Shown: piece by piece, positions 63,642 through 64,000 of the stretch
Layout of the letters: the number at the start of each line of letters is the position of its first letter
Position numbering within the stretch: position 1 is the stretch's first letter
Origin: Phoronis australis
Lineage: Eukaryota; Animalia; Phoronida
Length of the DNA: 64,000 nucleotides
Reading direction: 5' to 3'
Assembly: GCA_002633005.1 (NCBI GenBank)
Contig: NMRA01000014.1
Coordinates: 1,088,838-1,152,837 of the forward strand
The notes under the pieces: generated by a model
The model's input: the letters and a program-made list of their open reading frames with translations, nothing else
Told to the model about the DNA's origin: nothing
Databases searched by the model: none
Program-made: the position numbers and the translations under genes

Positions 63642-64000
63642 ACTAGAGAGACCAGGCTAGGACAGCACCAGGCTAGGGAGCAAACCAAAGAAAACCGTGT
63701 TAAAGAAGAATAGACAAGTAACCAATCAAAAACTTATCTTGGTCGCATGCACTGTCAAGGGTTTGAGGAGAGGAAAGAATTCTGAAATAGAAGTGTGCAG
63801 AATATAGTGAACAAGTTGGACGTGAAGGCAGACATATTCATGCATGGTGACCACAACAAACCAACCATGTGAGCAGTAATGTTTGAGATGGATGACATAG
63901 CAGTGATTAGGCAGCTCCAACACAAAGACCACTAAAAGATTGGCAACTTTTCAGACATATAGTGCAAATCTGCTGTGCTCATGCTTAACACCAGCTGTCA

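Overview
Gene-dense, AT-rich, intron-rich animal genomic DNA, probably a marine invertebrate (inferred from repeat style, not proven). Manual splice reconstruction gives five protein-coding genes with GT-AG introns and consistent phases. (1) V-ATPase subunit H (ATP6V1H, +, 5' end outside the window, 1254-23509). (2) A secreted coiled-coil plus atypical fibrinogen-like gene nested antisense in the 13-kb ATP6V1H intron (-, 9819-19536); most of it is present twice around a single 'n' at 15194, probably uncollapsed haplotypes. (3) HACD/PTPLA-family 3-hydroxyacyl-CoA dehydratase (-, 24881-29105). (4) ERICH3-like DUF4590 protein with C-terminal LRRs (+, 29465-44409), head-to-head with HACD. (5) Adenylyl cyclase-associated protein CAP (-, 46185-63227/63641). 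Notable extras: repeated tandem 'echo' copies of exon-intron junctions in three genes, a duplicated candidate mutually exclusive exon pair in ERICH3, a loopless 47-bp-arm palindrome, a Cys-rich N-terminal extension of CAP, and many MITEs and minisatellites. No CRISPR, rRNA or convincing tRNA genes.
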